DNA of 32,000 bases from Xanthomonas campestris pv. campestris str. ATCC 33913 (GTDB taxonomy: Bacteria; Pseudomonadota; Gammaproteobacteria; Xanthomonadales; Xanthomonadaceae): the NCBI RefSeq assembly GCF_000007145.1, contig NC_003902.1, positions 997,436 through 1,029,435 of the forward strand. The letters are read 5' to 3'. Shown piece by piece: positions 8,099-16,567 of this stretch. The notes under the pieces are model-generated. The model searched no databases and had not been told where the DNA came from. It worked only from the letters and a program-made list of their open reading frames with translations. The position numbers and the translations under genes were made by a program. Each line of letters opens with the position of its first letter. Position 1 is the first letter of the stretch.

Positions 8099-8490
8099 AT
8101 GCAATAGGCCGCCGGCACACGCTAAGTGCGATACCGCATTGCAGGTGGCGACTACTCGCTCGCCAGGATGCCGATCGGGTTGGCCGAGTGCTCGTGCAGG
8201 CATTGCGCGAAGCGTGTTCTGCGTATGTTTAGTGCAGCACGCGTTGCCAACGTACGCGGAAGGAGGGGATGCACATGCATCGGCAACGACGATTCTCTCG
8301 ATGCGCGTCTTTGGATCGAGCATCCTCAGCGCGTGTTTTAGGTGCGGTTGCTCTGCCTGGCGAGGCGATGACGCTGCAGCAGGGAGGGCCGGACGTCTTC
8401 GCGATGGACGGTGCAGGTGCAGCGTCTCCGGGTTCCGATACCGCCAGCCCAGCGAACGCTTACGCGCACGCGCCAACGCGGCGCATGCGC

Positions 8491-8979
8491 TCAATCATCG
8501 ACCGGCGGATGCGCGCGGAGCCAGGCGCTGCGCTCGGCCGGGCTCATTTTCTGCCAGCGCTGCTGCAGTTCGTTGCGCTGTTGCGGGCTGAGTGTGCGCA
8601 TGCGCTCGAACAGGGCTTTGGCCTCGCGGCGCTGCTCGGGGCTCATGTTGCGGAAGCGGTCCATCCCGGCCTTGGCCTGCTTGCGTTGTTCCGGGGTCAT
8701 GTCCAGCCAGCGGCGTGCGTGCCGGAACATGCGTGGGCGCTCGTCCGGCGCGTCGTTCCAGCGCTCGCGCAGGGCATCGATCAAGACCTGGCGTTGCTGC
8801 GCGCTCAACGTGTCCCATTCGGGCATCGGCGTCTCGGCGCCGCGCGGGCCGGGCCCATCGTGCGGTGGCGGTCCCGGCGGCGGGCCGGGTGGGCGGTCCT
8901 GTGCCCACAGCGCCGCGCAAGGCGAGGCGCACAGCAACAGAGTCAACAGCAGGCGCGTGGTGCGGGTCATCGTGCTCAT
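8491..8979 (-). CDS. Secreted DUF3106-type repeat protein (162 aa)
   Basis: Signal peptide (MSTMTRTTRLLLTLLLCASPCAALWA), a Pro/Gly-rich stretch, then five [LM][ST][PA]xxR repeats (LSAQQR, MTPEQR, MSPEQR, LSPQQR, MSPAER). Its ATG overlaps the upstream gene's TGA (ATGA at 8976-8979). Confidence 0.8.
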   Translation of the reverse strand: MSTMTRTTRLLLTLLLCASPCAALWAQDRPPGPPPGPPPHDGPGPRGAETPMPEWDTLSAQQRQVLIDALRERWNDAPDERPRMFRHARRWLDMTPEQRKQAKAGMDRFRNMSPEQRREAKALFERMRTLSPQQRNELQQRWQKMSPAERSAWLRAHPPVDD

Positions 8980-9329
8980 TCCATGGCCAGGGCGGTATCG
9001 GAGCCGAGCCAGACGAACATGTCCGGGTTCTGGGTCAGCAGGTCATCGGTGTCGGTGCTCGTGGCGGCCGGTGTAGTGGTCGCCACCTGCGTGGTCGTGG
9101 TTGCCGGTGCTTGCTCGGTGGGACGCAACTGCACACCGATGCCTACCGCCAGCAGCGCCGAGCACGCGGTGGCCAGCAGCCAATGCAGGCGCCGCGAACG
9201 CTGGGCGGTGGCCGCATGGCGTGCCTGGCGCAGCTGGGCCAGTGTCTCCGGCGGCAAGGTGGTGAGTGCGGTGGCATGCAGCCGGCGCATCTGCGCATCG
9301 AACTGGGCCGGGTCGTGGGAGCGGTTCAC
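8976..9329 (-). CDS. Single-pass membrane protein, putative anti-sigma factor (117 aa, DUF3619-like from memory)
   Basis: GTG 9329..9327 overlaps the sigma-factor TGA 9328..9326 (GTGA). It has one TM segment (WLLATACSALLAVGIGV) followed by a Thr/Ala-rich tail. The 332-aa ORF in the track is an over-extension into the sigma gene. Confidence 0.65.
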   Translation of the reverse strand: MNRSHDPAQFDAQMRRLHATALTTLPPETLAQLRQARHAATAQRSRRLHWLLATACSALLAVGIGVQLRPTEQAPATTTTQVATTTPAATSTDTDDLLTQNPDMFVWLGSDTALAME

Positions 9330-9937
9330 AGGAAATCCTCGAACTGTTTTTGCAATGCGTCGCGCGCACGCGACAAATGGGTTTTGACCGAGCCTTCCGA
9401 GCAGCCCATCGCTTTGGCGGTGGTGGCCACGTCCAGGTCTTCGAGCACGCGCAGCGTGAAGGCTTCGCGCTGGCGTGCCGGCAATGTGCGCAGCGCTTCG
9501 ACCAGGCGTTGATAGGCCTCTTGCTGCTGCTGTTCGCCGGCCGGGCCAATGCCCGGATCGAGCCAATCGATGCTGCCCTCGTCGTCGGCACGCTCGTTCG
9601 GGGCCCAGAACTTCAGCCGGAAGCTGCGCCGCCGCTGCAGGTCGATGATGCGGCTGCGCAGGATGCTCCAGAACAACGGGGTCCATTCTTCCGCAGGACG
9701 ATCGCGATAACCGAGCAGCCGCACCATGGCGTCCTGCACCGCGTCCAGCGCGTCCTCGCGATGGCGCAGGCCGGTCTCGGCAAAGCGGAACGCGCGCGGC
9801 CCGATCCCGGACAGGAACGCGTCCAGCGAGACAGGCGCCGCCGTTGCCGGTGCAGCAGGTTGCGGATCGAAAGGGGTTCCCACCAGCACAGCGTAGCTTC
9901 CGCGAAGACGATATGCCGTCAACGCACGTGCGTGCAT
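9326..9937 (-). CDS. ECF-type RNA polymerase sigma-70 family factor (203 aa)
   Basis: Region 2-like DALDAVQDAMVRLL...WTPLFWSILRSRIIDLQRRR, and region 4 HTH LPARQREAFTLRVLEDLDVATTAKAMGCSEGSVKTHLSRARDAL. The start is taken at ATG 9937; the 265-aa track ORF is probably over-extended. Confidence 0.85.
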   Translation of the reverse strand: MHARALTAYRLRGSYAVLVGTPFDPQPAAPATAAPVSLDAFLSGIGPRAFRFAETGLRHREDALDAVQDAMVRLLGYRDRPAEEWTPLFWSILRSRIIDLQRRRSFRLKFWAPNERADDEGSIDWLDPGIGPAGEQQQQEAYQRLVEALRTLPARQREAFTLRVLEDLDVATTAKAMGCSEGSVKTHLSRARDALQKQFEDFL

Positions 9938-10239
9938 CGGGTTGACACGCGATGACACGGACAAGGCAGGGCACGGGAGGTCGGCAAGAATCGCGGCGGG
10001 CGGGGTGCCTGCCGCCAAGCGCCCGACGCCTGTAATGTGTGTCACCGCGGCGGGACTAGACGCGCCGAAACCAACGCCAGCGATTGGCCGAACTGGAGCC
10101 TGATCCGCCTGCTTCGCAAACAAGCCAAAGAGACGGCCACCGCTCCGTTCAAGCGGTAGGCACCAACGCCGGCGGGTCCGAGCGAAGCATCACAGCCCAC
10201 ACTGCCAGCACACCGCGCGTAGGCACGGGGAAACGCCAG

Positions 10240-10659
10240 CTAGCGGCTGGCCCACCAGCCCAGTCCCAGCGCGGCCACATAGCAGGCCAGGTCGAACCCG
10301 GTATTGGCCAGCTGCAGCAGGGTCCAGGCCAGGCCGGCGCCCATCTTCAGCGACGAGGTCCACGGATCCAGGCCGAGTGCGCCGCCCAGCTGTGCCGACG
10401 CAATGCCCCAGTTGGCCGCCACGATGAGCGCCACGGTCGACACCAGGGTGATGCCCACGCGCAGCGTGCCAGCCGGCAAGGTGCCCAGGCGCAGCATCCA
10501 CGCCACTTCCAGCGCGACCAGCACCGCCATCCAGCCGGATTGATGGCCCAGGGTCAGCGCAACGAGGATCCAGGCGATGAGGGCGGTGACGCATCCCAGC
10601 AGCAGGAGCGGGGGCCAGAGCCAGTGAGCGGTTCTGGCGGGCGCAGAGGTGGGCGGCAT
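10240..10659 (-). CDS. Small polytopic membrane protein, unknown function (139 aa)
   Basis: ATG 10659 is preceded by AGGAG. About four hydrophobic helices (WLWPPLLLLGCVTALIAWILVAL, WMAVLVALEVAWML, ITLVSTVALIVAANWGI, FDLACYVAALGLGWW). Confidence 0.6.
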   Translation of the reverse strand: MPPTSAPARTAHWLWPPLLLLGCVTALIAWILVALTLGHQSGWMAVLVALEVAWMLRLGTLPAGTLRVGITLVSTVALIVAANWGIASAQLGGALGLDPWTSSLKMGAGLAWTLLQLANTGFDLACYVAALGLGWWASR

Positions 10660-10832
10660 TGGAACTCCTGACAGTGCGCACATGATAGAGCGCGTGCCGC
10701 CGTTGCGGTGTGCAGCGCTGGCGGATGGAATGCAGCGTCGTCCGTGCTGCAAGCCGCAATCGGCAGCCTGCCCGCCGTGGTCGGCTAGAATGGCCGACTT
10801 GCGCGCTCCCGTCGCGGCCCCATATCCAGCCC

Positions 10833-11387
10833 ATGTATTCCCGTAGCAGCGAACCCGTCCAGTTCGAACGCGATTGCGATGCCGTCATGGTGCCGCAGGG
10901 CGATTCGGTGACCCTGCCCGCAGGCAGTTACGGCTATATCACCCAGGCGTTGGGTGGCAGCTATACCGTCTTCGTCGAAGGCAACCTGTTCCGTATTGCC
11001 GGCAAGGACGGCGATGCGATCGGCAAGGAGGCCCCACCGGGGCTGGAACTGCCGGAGAACGCCAGCGACGAGGAAGTGGAAGCGCTGGTGTGGCAGCAGC
11101 TGCGCACCTGCTTCGACCCGGAGATTCCGTTCAACATCGTGGATCTGGGCCTGGTCTACGAGGCAGTGGTCAGCCATCGTGAGGAAGACAACCAGCGCCG
11201 GGTGGACGTCAAGATGACCCTCACCGCGCCCGGTTGCGGCATGGGCGAGATCCTGGTCGACGACGTGCGCAGCAAGGTGGAAATGATCCCGACCATTGCC
11301 GAGGCCGACGTGGAGCTGGTCTTCGACCCGCCTTGGGGCCGGCATATGATGTCCGAAGCGGCCCGTCTCGAGACCGGCATGCTCTGA
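10833..11387 (+). CDS. sufT: SufT-like Fe-S assembly protein (DUF59/MIP18 domain with N-terminal extension, 184 aa)
   Basis: The C-terminal DUF59 signature is DPEIPFNIVDLGLVY...LTAPGCGMG...VELVFDPPW. The N-terminal roughly 90 aa resemble the SufT-specific extension. The start is at ATG 10833. Confidence 0.75.
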   Translation: MYSRSSEPVQFERDCDAVMVPQGDSVTLPAGSYGYITQALGGSYTVFVEGNLFRIAGKDGDAIGKEAPPGLELPENASDEEVEALVWQQLRTCFDPEIPFNIVDLGLVYEAVVSHREEDNQRRVDVKMTLTAPGCGMGEILVDDVRSKVEMIPTIAEADVELVFDPPWGRHMMSEAARLETGML

Positions 11388-11451
11388 CCATCAGGCGCCA
11401 TGTCTTGCACGTGGCGCCGCGTCTTTCCTTCCGCTCTACAGGAATCTCTCG

Positions 11452-12537
11452 GTGTCCGTGTCCTTCGCTTCCACCCGCTCCCCGTCGCCGCGCAGCGCCG
11501 ACGAACTGTCCGTGATCCTGGCTGCGCCGGGGTTCGGCCTGCATTTCACCGACCACATGGTCGCCATCTCCTGGACCAACGAGCTCGGTTGGCACGATGC
11601 GCAGGTGCGTGCCTACGGCCCGCTGCAGCTGGATCCGGCCGCCTCGGTGCTGCATTACGGCCAGGAGATCTTCGAAGGTATCAAGGCCTACCGGCATGCC
11701 GACGGCTCGATCTGGACCTTCCGCCCGCAGGCCAATGGCGAGCGCCTGCAGCGCTCCGCGCGCCGCCTGGCGCTGCCGGAACTGCCGGTGGACCTGTTCG
11801 TGGAGTCGCTGCGCCAGTTGGTGGCCGTGGATGCCGGCTGGGTGCCGTCGGCGCCGGAAACCAGCCTGTATTTCCGCCCGTTCATGATCGCCGACGAGGC
11901 GTTCCTGGGCGTGCGCGCGGCGCACAAGGCCTCGTACTACGTGATCGCCAGCCCGGCCGGTCCGTATTTCGCCAAGGGCGTGGCGCCGGTGTCGATCTGG
12001 TTGTCCACCGAGTACGCACGTGCAGCCAAGGGCGGCACCGGCGCGGCCAAGTGCGGCGGCAACTACGCCGCTTCGCTGCTGCCGCAGCAGAAAGCCTACG
12101 CGCAGGGCTGCTCGCAGGTGCTGTTCCTGGACCCGGTGGAAGGCAAATACATTGAAGAACTGGGCGGCATGAACGTGTTCCTGGTCTACAAGGACGGCAC
12201 GCTGGTGACCCCAGAGCTGTCCGGCAGCATCCTGGAAGGCATCACCCGCGACAGCATCCTGCAGCTGGCCCGTGACCGCGGCATGCAGGTGGTGGAGCGC
12301 AAGGTGTCCATCGACGAGTGGAAGGACGGCGTGGCCTCCGGCGAGATCAGCGAGGTGTTCGCCTGCGGCACGGCGGCTGTGGTTACCCCGATCGGCGAGC
12401 TGAAGGGCGATGGCTTTGCGGTCGGCGACCTGTCTGCACCGGCGGGCGAGGTGACGATGTCGCTGCGCCAGGAGCTGACCGACATCCAGTACGGGCGCGT
12501 GCCGGACCGCCACGGTTGGCTGGTGCGTCTGTCCTAA
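11452..12537 (+). CDS. ilvE: Branched-chain amino acid aminotransferase (361 aa, long form)
   Basis: GTG start preceded by AGGAA. Motifs FGLHFTDHM, YGQEIFEGIKAY, ...KCGGNYAASL..., EELGGMNVF, GITRDS and FACGTAAVVTPI are typical of class IV IlvE. Confidence 0.9.
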   Translation: MSVSFASTRSPSPRSADELSVILAAPGFGLHFTDHMVAISWTNELGWHDAQVRAYGPLQLDPAASVLHYGQEIFEGIKAYRHADGSIWTFRPQANGERLQRSARRLALPELPVDLFVESLRQLVAVDAGWVPSAPETSLYFRPFMIADEAFLGVRAAHKASYYVIASPAGPYFAKGVAPVSIWLSTEYARAAKGGTGAAKCGGNYAASLLPQQKAYAQGCSQVLFLDPVEGKYIEELGGMNVFLVYKDGTLVTPELSGSILEGITRDSILQLARDRGMQVVERKVSIDEWKDGVASGEISEVFACGTAAVVTPIGELKGDGFAVGDLSAPAGEVTMSLRQELTDIQYGRVPDRHGWLVRLS

Positions 12538-12561
12538 GCCAACACGTCAAGCCAAATCAGG

Positions 12562-12593
12562 GCCCCTGCGCGTCAGCGCAGGGGCTTTTTTTT
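12562..12593 (+). terminator. Rho-independent terminator after ilvE
   Basis: GCCCCTGCGC-GTCA-GCGCAGGGGC is a perfect 10-bp stem followed by T8. Confidence 0.85.
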
Positions 12594-12665
12594 GCGCGCA
12601 GTGCAGCAAGTGCGTGTCATTTGGTGTCGCCGCATGTCATCGCGAGACTGAACGGTGCCGTACGG

Positions 12666-12715
12666 TGTCACAAATCTGATATTTAATTTTTTGAAAGTGC
12701 GAAGTTCTTATTGTC
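12666..12715 (+). promoter_or_regulatory. AT-rich probable promoter region of the protease array
   Basis: This is the sharpest AT-rich island in the window (TGTCACAAATCTGATATTTAATTTTTTGAAAGTGCGAAGTTCTTATTG). It includes TTGAAA, and a weak CRP/Clp-like element TGTCA-N6-TGATA (7/10 to TGTGA-N6-TCACA). I could not place a clean -35/-10 pair. Confidence 0.3.
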
Positions 12716-12850
12716 CAGTTCGGTTGGATTGCGGTAGGTTCGCTGAACGGATCGATAACAGGGGCGATCCGGGGACCTCGGCGCTGACCTACGGAAGGCG
12801 GCGCCGGATAACACCGCTCCGGCGGTTCTCTTGATATGGAAGGGAATTCG

Positions 12851-14593
12851 ATGTCGACTGCGTCTCTCCGCAAGCGTACTGGCTCGCTCACCATCCTGGG
12901 CGCGTCCGCCCTGACCTCGCTGCTGCTCGCGATGCCGGCCTTTGCCGGCGAGGTCTACCTGGATGGCCTGGCCACCGCACAGACCCATCAGAAATTCATC
13001 GTGACCTACAAGGACGGCAGCACCGCGCTGGCCAGCCCGTCCGCGTTGACCACCTCGCTGCGCACTGCTGCGCGCGCGGTGCCGGCCAAAGCCGGCAAGG
13101 CGCTGGGCCTGAACTCGGTGCGCCGCCTGGCGTTGGGGCCGGAACTGGTAAGGGCAGACCGCGCCCTGGACCGCGCCGAGGCCGAAACCCTGATGCGGCA
13201 ATTGGCCGCTGATCCCAACGTGCAGAGCGTTGAAGTCGACCAGATCCTGCATGCCACGCTCACCCCCAACGACACCCGGTTGTCCGAGCAGTGGGCGTTC
13301 GGCACCACCAACGCCGGCCTGAACATCCGCCCGGCCTGGGACAAGGCCACCGGCAGCGGCACGGTCGTGGCGGTGATTGATACCGGCATCACCAGTCATG
13401 CCGACCTCAACGCCAACATCCTCGCGGGCTACGACTTCATCAGCGATGCGACCACCGCACGCGATGGCAACGGCCGTGACAGCAACGCCGCCGACGAAGG
13501 CGACTGGTACGCCGCCAACGAATGCGGCGCCGGCATTCCCGCCGCCAGCTCCAGCTGGCACGGCACCCATGTGGCCGGCACGGTCGCGGCAGTGACCAAC
13601 AACACCACCGGCGTAGCCGGCACCGCCTACGGCGCCAAGGTCGTACCGGTGCGCGTGCTCGGCAAGTGCGGTGGGTCGCTGTCGGATATCGCCGACGCCA
13701 TCGTCTGGGCCTCCGGCGGCACCGTCAGCGGCATCCCGGCCAATGCTAACCCGGCCGAGGTGATCAACATGTCGCTCGGCGGCGGCGGTAGCTGCTCGAC
13801 CACCATGCAGAACGCCATCAACGGTGCGGTGTCGCGCGGCACCACGGTGGTGGTCGCGGCCGGCAACGATGCGTCCAATGTGTCCGGTTCGCTGCCGGCC
13901 AACTGCGCGAACGTGATTGCGGTGGCCGCCACCACCTCGGCGGGCGCGAAGGCCAGCTATTCCAACTTCGGCACCGGTATCGATGTGTCGGCGCCCGGCT
14001 CGTCGATCCTGTCCACGCTCAACAGCGGCACCACCACGCCGGGTAGCGCCAGCTATGCCTCCTACAACGGCACCTCGATGGCGTCGCCGCATGTGGCCGG
14101 CGTGGTCGCGCTGGTGCAGTCGGTCGCCCCGACCGCGCTGACGCCAGCAGCGGTGGAAACCTTGTTGAAGAACACCGCGCGTGCTTTACCGGGCGCCTGC
14201 TCGGGCGGCTGCGGTGCCGGCATCGTCAACGCCGATGCCGCGGTCACTGCGGCCATCAATGGCGGGAGCGGCGGCGGTGGCGGTGGTGGAAACACCTTGA
14301 CCAACGGCACTCCGGTGACCGGCCTGGGCGCGGCGACTGGCGCGGAATTGAACTACACCATCACCGTGCCGGCCGGCAGCGGCACCTTGACGGTGACCAC
14401 CAGCGGCGGCAGCGGCGATGCCGACCTGTATGTGCGCGCCGGCAGTGCACCGACCGACTCGGCTTACACCTGCCGCCCATACCGCAGCGGCAATGCCGAG
14501 ACCTGCACCATCACCGCACCGTCCGGAACGTATTACGTGCGTCTGAAGGCCTACAGCACGTTCTCCGGCGTCACCCTGCGCGCCAGCTACTAA
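12851..14593 (+). CDS. Secreted subtilisin-family (S8) serine protease with C-terminal PPC domain, copy 1 (580 aa)
   Basis: Signal peptide, a propeptide-like region, and the triad motifs VAVIDTGI (Asp), SWHGTHVAGT (His) and NGTSMASPHVAG (Ser). A GGSGGGGGGG linker precedes the pre-peptidase C-terminal domain (GDADLYVR...GTYYVRLKAY). ATG 12851 follows GGAAGGGA. Confidence 0.9.
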   Translation: MSTASLRKRTGSLTILGASALTSLLLAMPAFAGEVYLDGLATAQTHQKFIVTYKDGSTALASPSALTTSLRTAARAVPAKAGKALGLNSVRRLALGPELVRADRALDRAEAETLMRQLAADPNVQSVEVDQILHATLTPNDTRLSEQWAFGTTNAGLNIRPAWDKATGSGTVVAVIDTGITSHADLNANILAGYDFISDATTARDGNGRDSNAADEGDWYAANECGAGIPAASSSWHGTHVAGTVAAVTNNTTGVAGTAYGAKVVPVRVLGKCGGSLSDIADAIVWASGGTVSGIPANANPAEVINMSLGGGGSCSTTMQNAINGAVSRGTTVVVAAGNDASNVSGSLPANCANVIAVAATTSAGAKASYSNFGTGIDVSAPGSSILSTLNSGTTTPGSASYASYNGTSMASPHVAGVVALVQSVAPTALTPAAVETLLKNTARALPGACSGGCGAGIVNADAAVTAAINGGSGGGGGGGNTLTNGTPVTGLGAATGAELNYTITVPAGSGTLTVTTSGGSGDADLYVRAGSAPTDSAYTCRPYRSGNAETCTITAPSGTYYVRLKAYSTFSGVTLRASY

Positions 14594-14604
14594 CCGCGCG
14601 TCAC

Positions 14605-14633
14605 GCGCGCCCCGGCACTGCGCCAGGGCGCGC
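14605..14633 (+). terminator. GC hairpin downstream of protease 1 (weak terminator candidate)
   Basis: GCGCGCCC (14605-14612) pairs with GGGCGCGC (14626-14633) around a 13-nt loop. The trailing sequence TCCTCATCT is only modestly T-rich. Confidence 0.3.
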
Positions 14634-14829
14634 TCCTCATCTGCAATCCACTCCACGCCTGCCGATTCGGCAGGCGCTGGGAATGTGTTGCCGCGTGGCC
14701 GGGACGGACACCGGTCAGTCGTTTCGACAGGCACCTGCCTGTGCACTTCCAGACCTGCCATCGCAGCGCGCGATGGGGTCCGGCCATCACGCCGCATCTG
14801 CGGCACCTCATCACTGAAAGGAACGATCG

Positions 14830-16241
14830 ATGTCCAATGTGTCGCAACGTCGTGCGCCTACGCGCGCGCTGGTAGTCCTGGGTGTGTCCGCGCTGACCTC
14901 GCTGCTGGCGGTGCCGGCCTTCGCCGGGCAGGTGAATCTGTCCGGGCTGGATTCGCAGCCGACGCTGGATCGCTTCATCGTCAAATACCGCGACGGCAGC
15001 AGTGCGTCGGTGAGCCCGACCTCGATGCGCGCCTCGCTCAATTCGGTGGCCACTGCGGTGCCGGCACGCGCCGGCCGCGCGCTGGGCCTGAACCACGTGC
15101 GTCGCACCGCGCTGGGCTCCGAAGTGCTCAAGACCGACCGCAGTCTGGACCGCGCCGAAGCCGAGACGCTGATGCGCCGCACATCGCCGCCGACCCGAGC
15201 GTGGAATACGTGGAAATCGATCAGATCATGTACCCGACGCTGACCCCGAACGACACGCGTCTGTCCGAGCAGTGGGGCTTCGGCACCACCGCATCGGGCA
15301 TCAACGTGCGCCCGGCCTGGGACACCGCCACCGGCACCGGCGTGGTGGTCGCGGTGATCGACACCGGCATCACCAGCCATCCGGACCTCAACGCCAACGT
15401 GCTGCCCGGCTACGACTTCATCAGCGATGCGGCGCGTGCGCGCGACAACAACGGCCGTGACAGCAACGCGGCCGACCAGGGCGACTGGCGCACGGCCAAC
15501 CAGTGCGGTACCGGCGTGGCAGCGGCCAATTCCAGCTGGCATGGCACGCACGTGGCCGGCACGATTGCCGCGGTCACCAACAACAGCACCGGCGTGGCCG
15601 GCACCGCGTTCAATGCGCGCATCGTGCCGATCCGCGCGTTGGGCCTGTGCGGCGGCTCCTCCTCGGACATCGCCGATGCGATTGTGTGGGCTTCCGGGGG
15701 CACCGTCAGCGGCGTGCCGGCCAATGCCAACCCGGCCGAAGTGATCAATATGTCGCTCGGCGGCAATGGCACCTGCTCGAATACCTACCAGAACGCCATC
15801 AACGGCGCGGTGTCGCGCGGCACCACGGTGGTGGTGGCGGCAGGTAACAGCAATGCCAACGTGGCCAATTTCACCCCGGCCAGCTGCGCCAATGTGATCT
15901 CGGTGGCCTCGATCACCTCGGCCGGCGCGCGTTCGAGCTTCTCCAACTTCGGCACCACCATCGATATCTCCGGTCCGGGCTCGGCGATCCTGTCCACGCT
16001 CAACAGCGGCACCACCACCCCGGGCAGCGCCAGCTACGCGTCCTACAATGGCACCTCGATGGCGGCGCCGCACGTGGCCGGCGTGGTCGCGCTGGTGCAG
16101 TCGGCAGCGTCGCGTCCGTTGACCCCGGCGGCGGTGGAAACGCTGTTGAAGAACACCGCCCGGCCGTTGCCGGGCGCCTGCTCGGGCGGTTGCGGTGCCG
16201 GCATCGTCAACGCAGCCGGCGCGGTCAGCCAGACGCCGTAA
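14830..16241 (+). pseudogene. S8 serine protease, copy 2: frameshifted near codon 117 and lacking the PPC domain
   Basis: Frame A (14830..15180) encodes the signal peptide and propeptide up to AEAETLMRR. The homologous continuation (H)IAADPSVEYVEIDQIMYPTLTPND..., with all triad motifs, is in another frame (15180..16241). The product ends right after GAGIVNAAGAVSQTP, with no PPC domain. Confidence 0.7.
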
Positions 16242-16256
16242 CGCGACGCCGTAACG
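16231..16256 (+). repeat. Perfect 13-bp tandem duplication GACGCCGTAACGC x2 spanning the stop codon of protease 2
   Basis: Unit 1 is 16231-16243 and unit 2 is 16244-16256, and they are identical. The TAA stop is at 16239-16241. Confidence 0.9.
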
Positions 16257-16335
16257 CGTATTTCCCCAGCGCACAGTGCCGGCGTCTGTCAGAGCGCTCC
16301 CGACGCGGCTGTCGGTGCCTGTCTCTCTCTCTTGT

Positions 16336-16359
16336 GCCCCGCCCAGGCGGGGCTTTTTT
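16336..16359 (+). terminator. Rho-independent terminator after protease 2
   Basis: GCCCCGCC..GGCGGGGC stem followed by T6 (GCCCCGCCCAGGCGGGGCTTTTTT). Confidence 0.75.
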
Positions 16360-16567
16360 GTGCGCGCGCTGCATGGGCCGGGACGTGCGCCAGGGGTAGC
16401 TGAACGAACGCAAGTGGGCGGATGCTGCCTGGCTTCAGCGCCATTCGGGTTCGCCGATAGCCTCGTCACGTGGGGGCTGCGTCATGCAATGCCCGCGCAT
16501 CCGACGCGGCGTTGCAGTCCCTGCGCTGCGCGTCATCCGAGTACCGATATCCTGGGGAGGGCGATTC

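Noticed and set aside
8096-8494. A possible fourth gene of the ECF operon (132-aa ORF with a TTG start overlapping the DUF3106 stop)
   Set aside because: It has a TTG start, an Arg/Ala/Cys/His-rich non-protein-like sequence, lower GC3 character, and runs into repeat copy 3. I treat it as non-coding pending a homology search.
9938-10123. A canonical ECF autoregulatory promoter (GGAAC-type -35 with CGTC-type -10) upstream of the sigma gene, and the 62-codon N-terminal extension of the sigma ORF
   Set aside because: I could not find a convincing GGAAC/CGTC pair in 9938-10140 on the minus strand. The extension has no sigma homology. The promoter is left unannotated.
11221-12513. Long antisense or alternative-frame ORFs opposite real genes. 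Examples: 11221..12513, 12683..14092, 14811..16469, 16577..17788, 18382..19470, 19637..20821, 27871..29304, 29151..30371, 5875..6807, 25782..26807, 672..1676, 1713..3029, 3809..4555
   Set aside because: Each fully overlaps a CDS that has clear family motifs on the other strand or frame. Their translations are low-complexity Arg/Gly/Ala/His-rich strings with no recognisable domains. High GC suppresses stop codons in all frames.
12666-12681. Clp/CRP-like binding site TGTCA-CAAATC-TGATA upstream of protease 1
   Set aside because: Only 7 of 10 half-site positions match TGTGA-N6-TCACA. This is too weak to call by eye, so I kept it only as a note inside the AT-rich promoter feature.
14685-15179. 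N-terminal 165 codons of the 518-aa ORF 14685..16241
   Set aside because: This part reads through the intergenic region and the out-of-frame signal-peptide and propeptide region of protease 2, and has no protease homology. The genuine N-terminus is in the 14830 frame, hence the pseudogene call rather than a 518-aa CDS.
15170-15190. Programmed ribosomal frameshift in protease 2
   Set aside because: There is no slippery heptamer, no obvious stimulatory structure, and no precedent in the two intact paralogues. A 2-nt duplication explains the shift and restores a gap-free alignment.
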